Origin: Oscillospiraceae bacterium | Lineage (GTDB): Bacteria > Bacillota > Clostridia > Oscillospirales > Ruminococcaceae | Direction: 5' to 3' | Assembly: GCA_014796735.1 (NCBI GenBank) | Contig: JAAVIG010000060.1 | Location: 1-41,821 of the forward strand | Length of the DNA: 41,821 bases | Shown: positions 9,593 through 17,795 of the stretch, piece by piece | Layout: every line of letters starts with the position of its first letter | Numbering within the stretch: the stretch's first letter is position 1 | The notes under the pieces: model-generated | Told to the model about the DNA's origin: nothing | The model's input: the letters and a program-made list of their open reading frames with translations, nothing else | The model's database searches: none | Made by a program: the position numbers and the translations under genes

Positions 9593-9760
9593 GGCGGAGC
9601 CGCTTGCGAAGCAAGCTGAAATGCGTCAGCATTTCAAAATTTTCGCCAAAGGCGAAAATTTGGCTCCGCCCCTGCTGTAGGGTAGTTATTGCAAAAGGAG
9701 CAGTTTTTATTCATAGGGCGGCACAAGTTAATTGGGGGAACAAGCATAATCATACATTGC
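9593..9760 (+). repeat. Four-way-junction repeat element, copy 1 (junction 9593-9670 plus conserved tail)
   Basis: GGCGGAGCC [GCTTGC-GAA-GCAAGC][TGAAATGC-GTCA-GCATTTCA][AAATTTTCGCC-AAA-GGCGAAAATTT] GGCTCCGCC then CCTGCTGTAGGGTAGTTATTG; homologous to 21054 and 21685 copies. Confidence 0.9.
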
Positions 9761-9974
9761 ACAAAATATATGGGAACAACGCACAACATCACCAATGAAA
9801 ACAAATGATAAACAGCTAAGCACCTGCGACCCGAATGTGAATAAAACACTACTGCAAATTTCCGACATTGAACAATTCAACCAAGTTATATAAGTGACAT
9901 TTCACGCACTAATTTTATGGAGCAAAAAAACGTACCGTAAGCACTACGCAATAGAGGGGGGTAAGGAAGGGATT

Positions 9975-10139
9975 CTTAAGGTGAAACCTAAGGGGGGAGA
10001 GTGGGGCAATGAGTTTCACCGAATTTTTTGCAGTTGCTTATGTAAGCGCAATCATCATAAAGCTTGCACTATTTTTTTAGATGAAGCCACGTAAGGTGAA
10101 GCTTATTGCACCTTCGCCCCCCTTTGGTGTCACCTTAAG
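9975..10139 (+). repeat. Long imperfect inverted repeat (about 45 bp arms, 74 nt spacer) upstream of rpoD
   Basis: 9975-10020 CTTAAGGTGAAACCTAAGGGGGG...GCAATGAGTTTCACC pairs with 10095-10139 GGTGAAGCTTATTGC...CCCCCCTTTGGTGTCACCTTAAG. Confidence 0.75.
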
Positions 10140-10418
10140 CCCCGCGCGGGAGCGCATACTGCACTCGCTTCCGAGTTAAAAGAAAACATTATATAAAGCG
10201 TAGTTTTACAAGAACGGTAAAATGGCAGTTAAAGCTAAAAATAAAGCATTACATAAAACGCAGTTTTAAGAATTAAGAAAATACCGCTTTGTTGCGAATA
10301 AAACAACCGCAGCTTTACAAATCAATCAATCGGCAGCTGCTCTGAAAAGCATCTCACAGCTCAAAGCGCAGTTTTAAAAAGGCATTCCGCCGATTGAGGA
10401 AAAGAAGGGAAAGAAAAA

Positions 10419-11504
10419 ATGACGGAAAACGGAAAAAACATGATAACCGACCTTATCGAACACGGCAAAAAGGAAGGCAAGCTCACCACCAAAGAAATCA
10501 ACGACGTACTGGAGGACTTAAACTTTGACGTAGATCAAATAAACCGCCTTTACGACGATTTCGAAAGCAACAACATAGACATAGTTGACGACTTCATCAT
10601 TGACGAGGACTTAGACACCGCCCTTGATTTTACAGGCGAGGACGACTTGGACATGGCTCTGTCCACCGAGGGCATAACCATTGACGATCCCGTCAAGATC
10701 TACTTAAAGGAGATAGGCAGAGTACCGCTTCTCAGCGCGGAGGAAGAGATCGAGCTTGCAATGCGAAAAAACCAAGGCGACCAGTTCGCCAGAAAGCGTC
10801 TTACCGAAGCGAACCTCCGCCTGGTGGTAAGCATAGCCAAGCGTTACGTGGGACGCGGCATGCAGTTCCTTGATCTTATCCAAGAGGGCAATATGGGACT
10901 TATCAAGGCAGTGGAAAAATTTGACTACCGCAAGGGCTATAAATTCTCCACCTACGCCACATGGTGGATAAGGCAGGCTATCACAAGAGCCATAGCGGAT
11001 CAGGCAAGAACCATACGCATACCCGTTCACATGGTGGAGACAATAACCAAGGTAAAAAAGGTCTCCAGCCAGCTTCTCCATAAAAACGGTCACGAAGCCA
11101 GCGTTGACGAGATAGCCAACGAGCTTAACATGCCTGTTGAAAGAGTAAGGGAGATAATAAGGATAAGCCAAGACCCCGTGTCGCTGGAAACTCCCATAGG
11201 CGAGGAGGAGGACAGCCACTTGGGCGACTTTATCCCCGATGAATTGGCTCCCGCTCCCGCCGAGGTAGCTTCCCTTTCGCTGTTGAAGGAGCAGCTTGAC
11301 GAGGTTTTGGGTACCCTTACTGATCGTGAAGCAAAGGTGCTTCGCCTGCGCTTCGGCTTGGAGGACGGCAGACCCCGCACTCTCGAAGAGGTGGGGCAGC
11401 GTTTTCAGGTGACGCGGGAAAGAATACGCCAGATCGAGGCTAAGGCTTTGAGAAAGCTCCGTCACCCCACAAGAAGCAAAAAGCTTAAGGATTTTCTTGA
11501 CTGA
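10419..11504 (+). CDS. rpoD: Primary RNA polymerase sigma factor RpoD/SigA
   Basis: Region 1.2 [12 protein letters not shown], region 2 [54 protein letters not shown], region 4 RTLEEVG...[18 protein letters not shown]. Confidence 0.98.
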   Translation: MTENGKNMITDLIEHGKKEGKLTTKEINDVLEDLNFDVDQINRLYDDFESNNIDIVDDFIIDEDLDTALDFTGEDDLDMALSTEGITIDDPVKIYLKEIGRVPLLSAEEEIELAMRKNQGDQFARKRLTEANLRLVVSIAKRYVGRGMQFLDLIQEGNMGLIKAVEKFDYRKGYKFSTYATWWIRQAITRAIADQARTIRIPVHMVETITKVKKVSSQLLHKNGHEASVDEIANELNMPVERVREIIRISQDPVSLETPIGEEEDSHLGDFIPDELAPAPAEVASLSLLKEQLDEVLGTLTDREAKVLRLRFGLEDGRPRTLEEVGQRFQVTRERIRQIEAKALRKLRHPTRSKKLKDFLD

Positions 11505-11577
11505 CTTGTAATTTTTACTTGATTTTTGTAATTTTTTACGGGAAAGTCCTTATACATAATAATGAAAAAGGTGTATT

Positions 11578-12006
11578 ATGCATATCACACTTGAAACCGA
11601 TTACGCTATAAGGATCGTTGACGCTCTTGCGGTGGAAGCGGTAAAGGAACAGGATTCCTTCCGGAGCTGCATTGACGCGGGAACTATTTCGGAACGCACC
11701 GAGGTGCCTTTGAGATTCGCTCTTAAAATACTTCGCAAGCTTGTGAGCGGAGGCATAGTGAAGAGCTACAAGGGCGTTTACGGAGGGTACAGACTGATAG
11801 CGGAATTAAGCGAAATTTCAATTTACGACGTAATGGAAATAGTGGAGGGTGAATACCATTTCAGCCGCTGCCTTTCCGAGGATTACAGCTGCAATTGCAG
11901 CGCGGACGGACTTCCCTGCAATTATCGGCAGGCGTTCGGCGAGGTCACGGAAATGGTTAAGGATTACCTTAAAAAGCAGACCTTCGATAAACTGGTAAAA
12001 CTGTAA
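11578..12006 (+). CDS. Rrf2 family transcriptional regulator (possible Fe-S type)
   Basis: MHITLETDYAIR, KILRKLVSGGIVKSYKGVYGGYRL, ISIYDVMEIVEG, Cys cluster CLSEDYSCNCSADGLPC. Confidence 0.92.
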   Translation: MHITLETDYAIRIVDALAVEAVKEQDSFRSCIDAGTISERTEVPLRFALKILRKLVSGGIVKSYKGVYGGYRLIAELSEISIYDVMEIVEGEYHFSRCLSEDYSCNCSADGLPCNYRQAFGEVTEMVKDYLKKQTFDKLVKL

Positions 12007-12191
12007 ATATTCCCGAAGCCTTGAACAACATGCCAAAAATGTTAACCGCAGATGCCCCAAAGCACAATAAAAATATATGGAGAAAAAGTTTGAAAGAACT
12101 TGGAAAATCGGGTTCTTTCAAACCCGTCGCCTTTGTGCCGCGAAGACAGTTTGGCACAAGGGCTCCTCAAGAGGAAAGGAATTATCTTAAT

Positions 12192-14528
12192 ATGGACATC
12201 GACCAGATCTTAAAAAAAGCCGCGAAAAAACAGGAAACACAGGGCGATAAAATTTTCGCCTTGGATATAGGAACGCGCACCGTTGTGGGCATTATCGGAG
12301 AAAAAGCCGATGAAAAATACCGTATTTTAGACTGCGTGGTAGTACCTCATACACGCCGCGCAATGGTTGACGGACAGATCGAGGATATAAAGCAGGTCGC
12401 GAAAATAGTCGGACAGGTAAAGCAAAAGCTGGAGCAGCGCAACGGCATAACCCTGACAAGGGCTTCTATCGCAGCGGCCGGACGCGCGCTTAAAACCGTC
12501 AACGTATCCAAGGAATTTGACGTTTCGGGAAGCGATATTATTACCGAGGAAATGGTGGCGTCAATGGAAATGGAGACAGTTTCCGCAGCGCAGACCGAGC
12601 TTGACGAAAGTCTTGCGAACGAAAAGACCCTGTTTTACTGCGTTGGTCATAACGTGGTGACTTACCGTCTCGACGACTATAAAATGATCTCGCTTAACGG
12701 ACACAAGGGCGCTACGGCGGGGATCGACATGGTAGTAGCTTTTCTGCCTGGGATAGTTGTGGAAAGCTTATATTCGGTAATGGAGCTTAACAAGTTAGAG
12801 GTGCAGAGCCTTACCCTTGAGCCTATCGCCGCGATGAACGTTATTATTCCCCCGGAAATACGCCTTATAAATATTGCCCTTGTGGATATAGGCGCGGGCA
12901 CCTCCGATATTGCCATAGCAAAGGACGGCTCCATTATTGCCTACGCAATGGCAACGGTGGCGGGTGATGAAATTACCGAGGAAATAATAAGAAGCTTTCT
13001 TGTTGATTTTGCGGTAGCGGAGCAGATGAAGCACGACGCCGCCGAAAACGAGGTGATTACATACAAGGACATTTTCGGTATCCCTCACGAAGCGACGCAG
13101 GAGGAATTTATCGAAAAAATACTGCCCTGTATGGATAATCTGGCGGCAACTATTTGCGACACCATAATCAAAATAAACGGCGAATCCCCTCAGGCGGTTT
13201 TCCTTGTGGGCGGCGGAAGCCTTATCAAGGGCTTGCCCACTCTTGTTGCGGATAAGTTAGATATTGACGAGGACAGAGTAGCGGTAGGCGGCGGAGAATT
13301 TCTCCGTGATGTTGACACAGGCGACTTCAATATGGGCGCGGAATTTATTACACCCATAGGAATAGGCGTTACCGCTCTTGAGGACAGAGGCTACGACTTT
13401 TCCGTAATCACGGTAAACGGCAAAAAGATAAGAGTTTTCGACACCAAAAAGCTTACCGTTTATCAGGTGCTTTCTCTCGCGGGCTACAAGGCGGGGGATA
13501 TTATGGGACATTCGGGTCAGGGACTTGCCTTTACCGTTAACGGGAATAAGGTGTTCCGCAAGGGCAGCATGATGACTCCCTCGGAAATAAAGATAAACGG
13601 CAATTCGGCAGGGCTTACCTCAATAGTTACGCAGGGCGACAATGTTGAGCTTATTCCCGCCAAAAACGGGGATAACGCGAGAGCCGTGCTGAAAAACGAG
13701 ATAAATTACAGAAAGTATCATTCGGGTACCGTAAGCTTTGGCGACAAGCAGTATAAATTCGGTATAGAGGCGTTTGTAAACGGCGTTAAAAAGCCGCCGC
13801 AGTATGAAATACAGCCACTTGACGAAATAGTGACGGGCGGAATACTCACCTTGGGCGATTTGTTAAATTCCATCGGCGTTGAGTATACGGAGGGCTTTGC
13901 CATAAACGGAGAGTATGCGGAGGAATTTGCTTTGCTTTCCGACGGCGACGTTATCACCTTAAGACTTGCTCCCGTTGGGAAAAAAGCCGTTAAAGCCGAG
14001 ACGGAAATTGCAGCCGACGAGGAAGCCTACGAGAGCTATGTAAGCGAGTCTGTAAGAAGCCAAGCGGTACAAGCTTCCGCTCCCGCTGCGGCTAAGCCTG
14101 TTACCGCACCTGTACCTGTTCATACACCCGCACCCGCTCCCGTTTCTGCTCCCGCTCAATCGGCAGCTTCGGTCGCTGCGCCCGAAATACCCCGCACTGA
14201 GTCGAGCCCCGCTTACAGCAAGTCCGATACTTCCCCTTATGTTCCGTATGCGGAGAATTTAAGCGCGTCGGATAAAAAAGCGGAGGAAGAAGAAAATCAG
14301 GGAGATGTAATTCCCGCTCTGACGCTTATGCTCAACGGCAGACCTTTGACGCTTCCCGAAAAGCGTGACGGAATACCCCATACGTTTTTGGAGCTGCTGA
14401 ATCATGTTGACATAGATACAAGAAACCCTATGGGCAGGGATATAGAGCTTACCTTAAACGGTTCGGAAATCAATTTCGGCGAGGAGCTTCACGACGGTGA
14501 CAGAGCGGTAGTAAAGTGGAAGGAATAA
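12192..14528 (+). CDS. FtsA-like actin-fold ATPase with C-terminal beta-grasp-like repeats
   Basis: Start reassigned to MDIDQIL (GAGGAAAGGA RBS); ALDIGTRTV, TLEPIAA, LVDIGAGTSD, AGDEIT, VFLVGGGS actin-fold motifs; repeated (V/I)NG..x..GD.V units in the last 330 aa. Confidence 0.85.
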   Translation: MDIDQILKKAAKKQETQGDKIFALDIGTRTVVGIIGEKADEKYRILDCVVVPHTRRAMVDGQIEDIKQVAKIVGQVKQKLEQRNGITLTRASIAAAGRALKTVNVSKEFDVSGSDIITEEMVASMEMETVSAAQTELDESLANEKTLFYCVGHNVVTYRLDDYKMISLNGHKGATAGIDMVVAFLPGIVVESLYSVMELNKLEVQSLTLEPIAAMNVIIPPEIRLINIALVDIGAGTSDIAIAKDGSIIAYAMATVAGDEITEEIIRSFLVDFAVAEQMKHDAAENEVITYKDIFGIPHEATQEEFIEKILPCMDNLAATICDTIIKINGESPQAVFLVGGGSLIKGLPTLVADKLDIDEDRVAVGGGEFLRDVDTGDFNMGAEFITPIGIGVTALEDRGYDFSVITVNGKKIRVFDTKKLTVYQVLSLAGYKAGDIMGHSGQGLAFTVNGNKVFRKGSMMTPSEIKINGNSAGLTSIVTQGDNVELIPAKNGDNARAVLKNEINYRKYHSGTVSFGDKQYKFGIEAFVNGVKKPPQYEIQPLDEIVTGGILTLGDLLNSIGVEYTEGFAINGEYAEEFALLSDGDVITLRLAPVGKKAVKAETEIAADEEAYESYVSESVRSQAVQASAPAAAKPVTAPVPVHTPAPAPVSAPAQSAASVAAPEIPRTESSPAYSKSDTSPYVPYAENLSASDKKAEEEENQGDVIPALTLMLNGRPLTLPEKRDGIPHTFLELLNHVDIDTRNPMGRDIELTLNGSEINFGEELHDGDRAVVKWKE

Positions 14529-14532
14529 CTTT

Positions 14533-16170
14533 ATGATAAAAAGATCACTGGCGGAAAAAACCGCACTGTTTATAGCTTTATCGCTGCTTACGGCGGCGGT
14601 TTTTTCCGCCTGCACCGAAATAGACTACGGCATTGCTCCCATTACCGAGGAGGAGACGGAGGTCACAACCGAAAGCACTACCCCAACTGAAACGGAACCT
14701 GCGGAGACCACTTCTCCCGACAAGTACGAGGAGAAGGAGTTCAATATCAACTTCGAGGAGTTTTCCGAGACCCTGCAGCTTGAGGAGGTTTGCGAAAACA
14801 CGACCCATAGCTATTTAATGGGCTACGAGGGCAGAGGATATATTCAGATAGACCGTCACGAGTACGCGACCTTTACCGTGCATGTGCCTTCAACACAGTA
14901 TTACAGACTGACCGTTCAGATGTGCGCCTTTGATACGGGGGTAAACGTTATAGCGGGAGGGGCGCTTTACGATAACGGCGAGTATGAGACCTATGACGGA
15001 GTGTCCAAGGGCGTAATTTACGCAAAGGATATTACCGCTTTTACTCCATTTACCGTAAACGGGATCTATCTTAAAAAGGGCGATAACACTATTACGCTTC
15101 AATCCGAATTCGGCATAGCTTATATGGACAAGGTGATAGTTGAAAACGGCTCTACCGTAAGCGACAGCTTTTATACCATAAGCAACGCGCCGATAAACCC
15201 CAACGCTTCTTTGAAAACAGTGCGGATAATGAATTATTTTTCCGAAATTTACGGCAGGAAGACCTTGACCGGGCAAAGAGTGACTAACGGCACCAACGCG
15301 GAGATCGCTGCGATATACAAGGAAACTGGCAGACTGCCCGCTTTAAGAACGGGAGACCTGACCTGCGCTCAAAGCGGAAGCCCTTACTATGACGAAGCTC
15401 TTGCCGAGCTTGATATGGCGGCGGAGTGGAGCGATATGGGCGGCTTGGTGGGCTTCGGCTGGACATGGTATTCCCCCTCTGATTCGTCAAGCCACTATCT
15501 TTCCTCAATGACCGATTTCAAGTTTGTGAACGTGTATACAAACAGCGATATTTCCGAGGCTTCTCCCGAAACTATTGAAAAGTTTTACGGCAGCGGCGAA
15601 ATATCTCGGGAATGTTATCTGATAATGAAGGATATAGACGAAATAGCTCAGGTGTTCAAGACCTTGCAGGAAAAGGGGGTAACGGTTTTGTTTTCCCCTC
15701 TTTCAGATGGAGGAAAGGGCGGTTACTGGTGGAGCGAAAGCGCCGACAGCTATCTTTGGGTATGGCGCACAATGGTGAAGCGCTACAATGAATACTACGG
15801 GCTTAACAATATAATCTGGGTATGGAACGGCGGAAGCGCGGAGTTTTTCCCGGGCGACGAATATGTTGATATAGTGGGCGAGAATATTTACAACACCACG
15901 GGCGACAGCGGAAACGGTATATTTATGGGCACAGCTTATTACAATTCCGTGAGGGCCGCCGCAATGACCGACTGCCTTATGATACCCAACGCCGATACAT
16001 TGGCGCAGGACAACACCCACTGGCTTTGGTTCACTCTCGGAAAGGGAGATACTCTTATAGACGAAAACGGAAGCTTGACGGAGCGGTATTCCTCCAACGT
16101 GCTTTTGGAACGGGCTTATAATCATGAAAGCTTTGTTACGCTGGACGAACTGCCGAAATTTTCGGATTGA
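14533..16170 (+). CDS. Lipoprotein with CBM6/35-like module and degenerate GH26 (beta-mannanase-like) domain
   Basis: Lipobox FSAC, Thr/Glu linker, LKKGDNTITL beta-sandwich, GH26 landmarks PINPNAS, YGRKTLTGQ, GLNNIIWVWN, FPGDEYVDIVGENIY; catalytic motifs altered. Confidence 0.8.
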   Translation: MIKRSLAEKTALFIALSLLTAAVFSACTEIDYGIAPITEEETEVTTESTTPTETEPAETTSPDKYEEKEFNINFEEFSETLQLEEVCENTTHSYLMGYEGRGYIQIDRHEYATFTVHVPSTQYYRLTVQMCAFDTGVNVIAGGALYDNGEYETYDGVSKGVIYAKDITAFTPFTVNGIYLKKGDNTITLQSEFGIAYMDKVIVENGSTVSDSFYTISNAPINPNASLKTVRIMNYFSEIYGRKTLTGQRVTNGTNAEIAAIYKETGRLPALRTGDLTCAQSGSPYYDEALAELDMAAEWSDMGGLVGFGWTWYSPSDSSSHYLSSMTDFKFVNVYTNSDISEASPETIEKFYGSGEISRECYLIMKDIDEIAQVFKTLQEKGVTVLFSPLSDGGKGGYWWSESADSYLWVWRTMVKRYNEYYGLNNIIWVWNGGSAEFFPGDEYVDIVGENIYNTTGDSGNGIFMGTAYYNSVRAAAMTDCLMIPNADTLAQDNTHWLWFTLGKGDTLIDENGSLTERYSSNVLLERAYNHESFVTLDELPKFSD

Positions 16171-16208
16171 TAATTCACAATTGCCGATTGAACAGAAAGG
16201 CTGAGCAT

Positions 16209-17459
16209 ATGAAAAAGAAACCAATGACATTTATTGCCTTGTCATTTATTACAGCGGCTTCACTATTGTTTTCCGCCTGCAATCCCGATACTGGCGGAAG
16301 TAATGACGCGGGAACGCAGCCAACCGTTCCGGCGGTAACCGAGGAGACCTCTTCCACCGCAAAAGTAAGCGCGGTTGAGGATCAGCCCGAAAACACTTCT
16401 CCCACATCTGCTGCGGGCGAGGAAATTCCCGAAGAAACCACACCCGCTCCCGACGGATTTCCCGCGCCTTATCCTGCGGGAGCGGTGATCAATGAAGAGA
16501 TGCTGTCGGAGTTTAAGGAAATCATCCAAGCCGCCGAGACCGCCAACAGCATTCTTTACGGGAATCACACTATCATACCGTTAAAGGGGGAGGAAAGCAA
16601 CGGCTATAAGCTTATTTCCCCCGATTACGCCGCCGACCTTGACGAGCTGACGGACAGAATGTACGAGGGCTTTAAATATTCCTTTTGGGAGGACAAGTAC
16701 GGCGATGAAGTGGAAAATATGCTTCCCGATATTGTTTTGGAGACGGACAGCGGAATAATGATGTCGATGAGCGAAAAGGCGGCTCCGGTTGTTATTGACG
16801 TTTCCTCCGCCGTTCTGACCTCTCTTGGCGAGACCGACGCCACGGTGACGGCGTTGGGGGTACAGGGCGATAAGTATGTCTGGCGCACCTATGATATGTT
16901 AAACGGCGTAAGAGGCTGGGTAGTGCGTATGTACGGCGACGAGAACGTGACGGGCGAGATCGCGGTATTCAGTCAGCTGCTGATCGACAAAAGCCTGACG
17001 CTCGACAAGATCTTCGGCAACGCCAAGCCTGTAACGGACGAAAACGGCGATTGGAACGCACAGCTTGTGACCATTGAAAACGACATTTACGGTCACGGCT
17101 TTTACAACGGTCTGGAGATAGAGCCGTTTATGACCGTTGAGGAAATGCGGCAGTTTATGAGAGATACTTTTACCTCGGAAATTGCGGAAAGCTATATAAG
17201 GCTTTATATAAACCGGACATATGTTGAAAAGGACGGGAGGCTTTATATAATAAACGGTTCGATACTGCCGCAGACAGGTGCTTTTTCTTTGGCGAATTAC
17301 GAAAACAGGGCTATAAGCAGCTTTGACGTTACCTCGGCCGTTGAATGGACGGACGGGGAGAACACTTATACGGTGCCTATCACCATTGCTTATGAGGACG
17401 GATTGTGGAAATTGGACACAAGACTTCCTATGAGAGAGGACAGGGTAATAGGAAAATAA
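16209..17459 (+). CDS. Lipoprotein, probable tandem IseA (DL-endopeptidase inhibitor)-like domains
   Basis: Start reassigned to MKKKPM; lipobox FSAC; low-complexity linker; TVEEMRQFMRDTFTSEIAESY...YVEKDGRLY and YEDGLWKLD resemble the IseA family from memory of the family, not from a search. Confidence 0.55.
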   Translation: MKKKPMTFIALSFITAASLLFSACNPDTGGSNDAGTQPTVPAVTEETSSTAKVSAVEDQPENTSPTSAAGEEIPEETTPAPDGFPAPYPAGAVINEEMLSEFKEIIQAAETANSILYGNHTIIPLKGEESNGYKLISPDYAADLDELTDRMYEGFKYSFWEDKYGDEVENMLPDIVLETDSGIMMSMSEKAAPVVIDVSSAVLTSLGETDATVTALGVQGDKYVWRTYDMLNGVRGWVVRMYGDENVTGEIAVFSQLLIDKSLTLDKIFGNAKPVTDENGDWNAQLVTIENDIYGHGFYNGLEIEPFMTVEEMRQFMRDTFTSEIAESYIRLYINRTYVEKDGRLYIINGSILPQTGAFSLANYENRAISSFDVTSAVEWTDGENTYTVPITIAYEDGLWKLDTRLPMREDRVIGK

Positions 17460-17486
17460 TAAAAAAATTGAAAGCGGCGAAGCCGC

Positions 17487-17652
17487 AAATGTTTTTTTCG
17501 CTTCCTTTTTGCACTGCAAAAAGGAAGTAGGGTGTGGGACAAAGTCCCACGAAGTGAATAATTAAAGCCAACACAGAAGTAGGCAACTAAGCGTCTGCTT
17601 TGTGTGCCGACATCCTTGTCGGCACTTTGGGCAGCCGCCGGTTCGCATCCAT
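17487..17652. repeat. 166 nt multi-hairpin insert bounded by a 10 bp direct repeat GCGAAGCCGC (17477-17486 and 17653-17662)
   Basis: Hairpins CTTCCTTTTTGC-ACT-GCAAAAAGGAAG, GTGGGAC-AAA-GTCCCAC, GTGCCGACA-TCCT-TGTCGGCAC; the homologous site at 20479-20498 has a single GCGAAGCCGC and no insert. Confidence 0.65.
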
Positions 17653-17742
17653 GCGAAGCCGCCGCTTCGGGCGTTGACATCTTTCTAAATAAAATATACC
17701 CGTCAAAACCTCATTTCCACCGGTTTTGACGGGTTATATTTT
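17653..17742 (+). repeat. 90 bp dispersed repeat ending in a terminator-like hairpin, copy A
   Basis: 76/90 ungapped identity (manual count) to the reverse complement of 20404-20493; ACCCGTCAAAACC...GGTTTTGACGGGT followed by TATATTTTT. Confidence 0.85.
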
Positions 17743-17795
17743 TGTTTAGTTTTTTTCAGCTAAAATTTTAAATTTCCGTTATACGCTGCAAATTA

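Noticed and set aside
9593-9670. tRNA interpretation of the cloverleaf-shaped elements
   Set aside because: No D-loop, 7 nt anticodon loop, TTC T-loop or CCA end; loops are only 3-4 nt.
9634-9849. Small ORFs 9634-9849 and 21428-21673 sharing the peptide NYPTAGAE
   Set aside because: The shared peptide is just the translated reverse complement of the conserved DNA repeat; nothing else aligns.
9975-10139. 6S RNA call
   Set aside because: Size is similar, but I cannot see the central bubble plus long apical stem; left as an unassigned hairpin pending cmscan.
12021-12191. Longer N-termini from the ORF track (also flgM, SBP, PilZ, fliI, fliJ, flgD, flgE)
   Set aside because: Downstream ATGs have better RBS and/or match family N-termini; some extensions overlap promoters or neighbouring genes.
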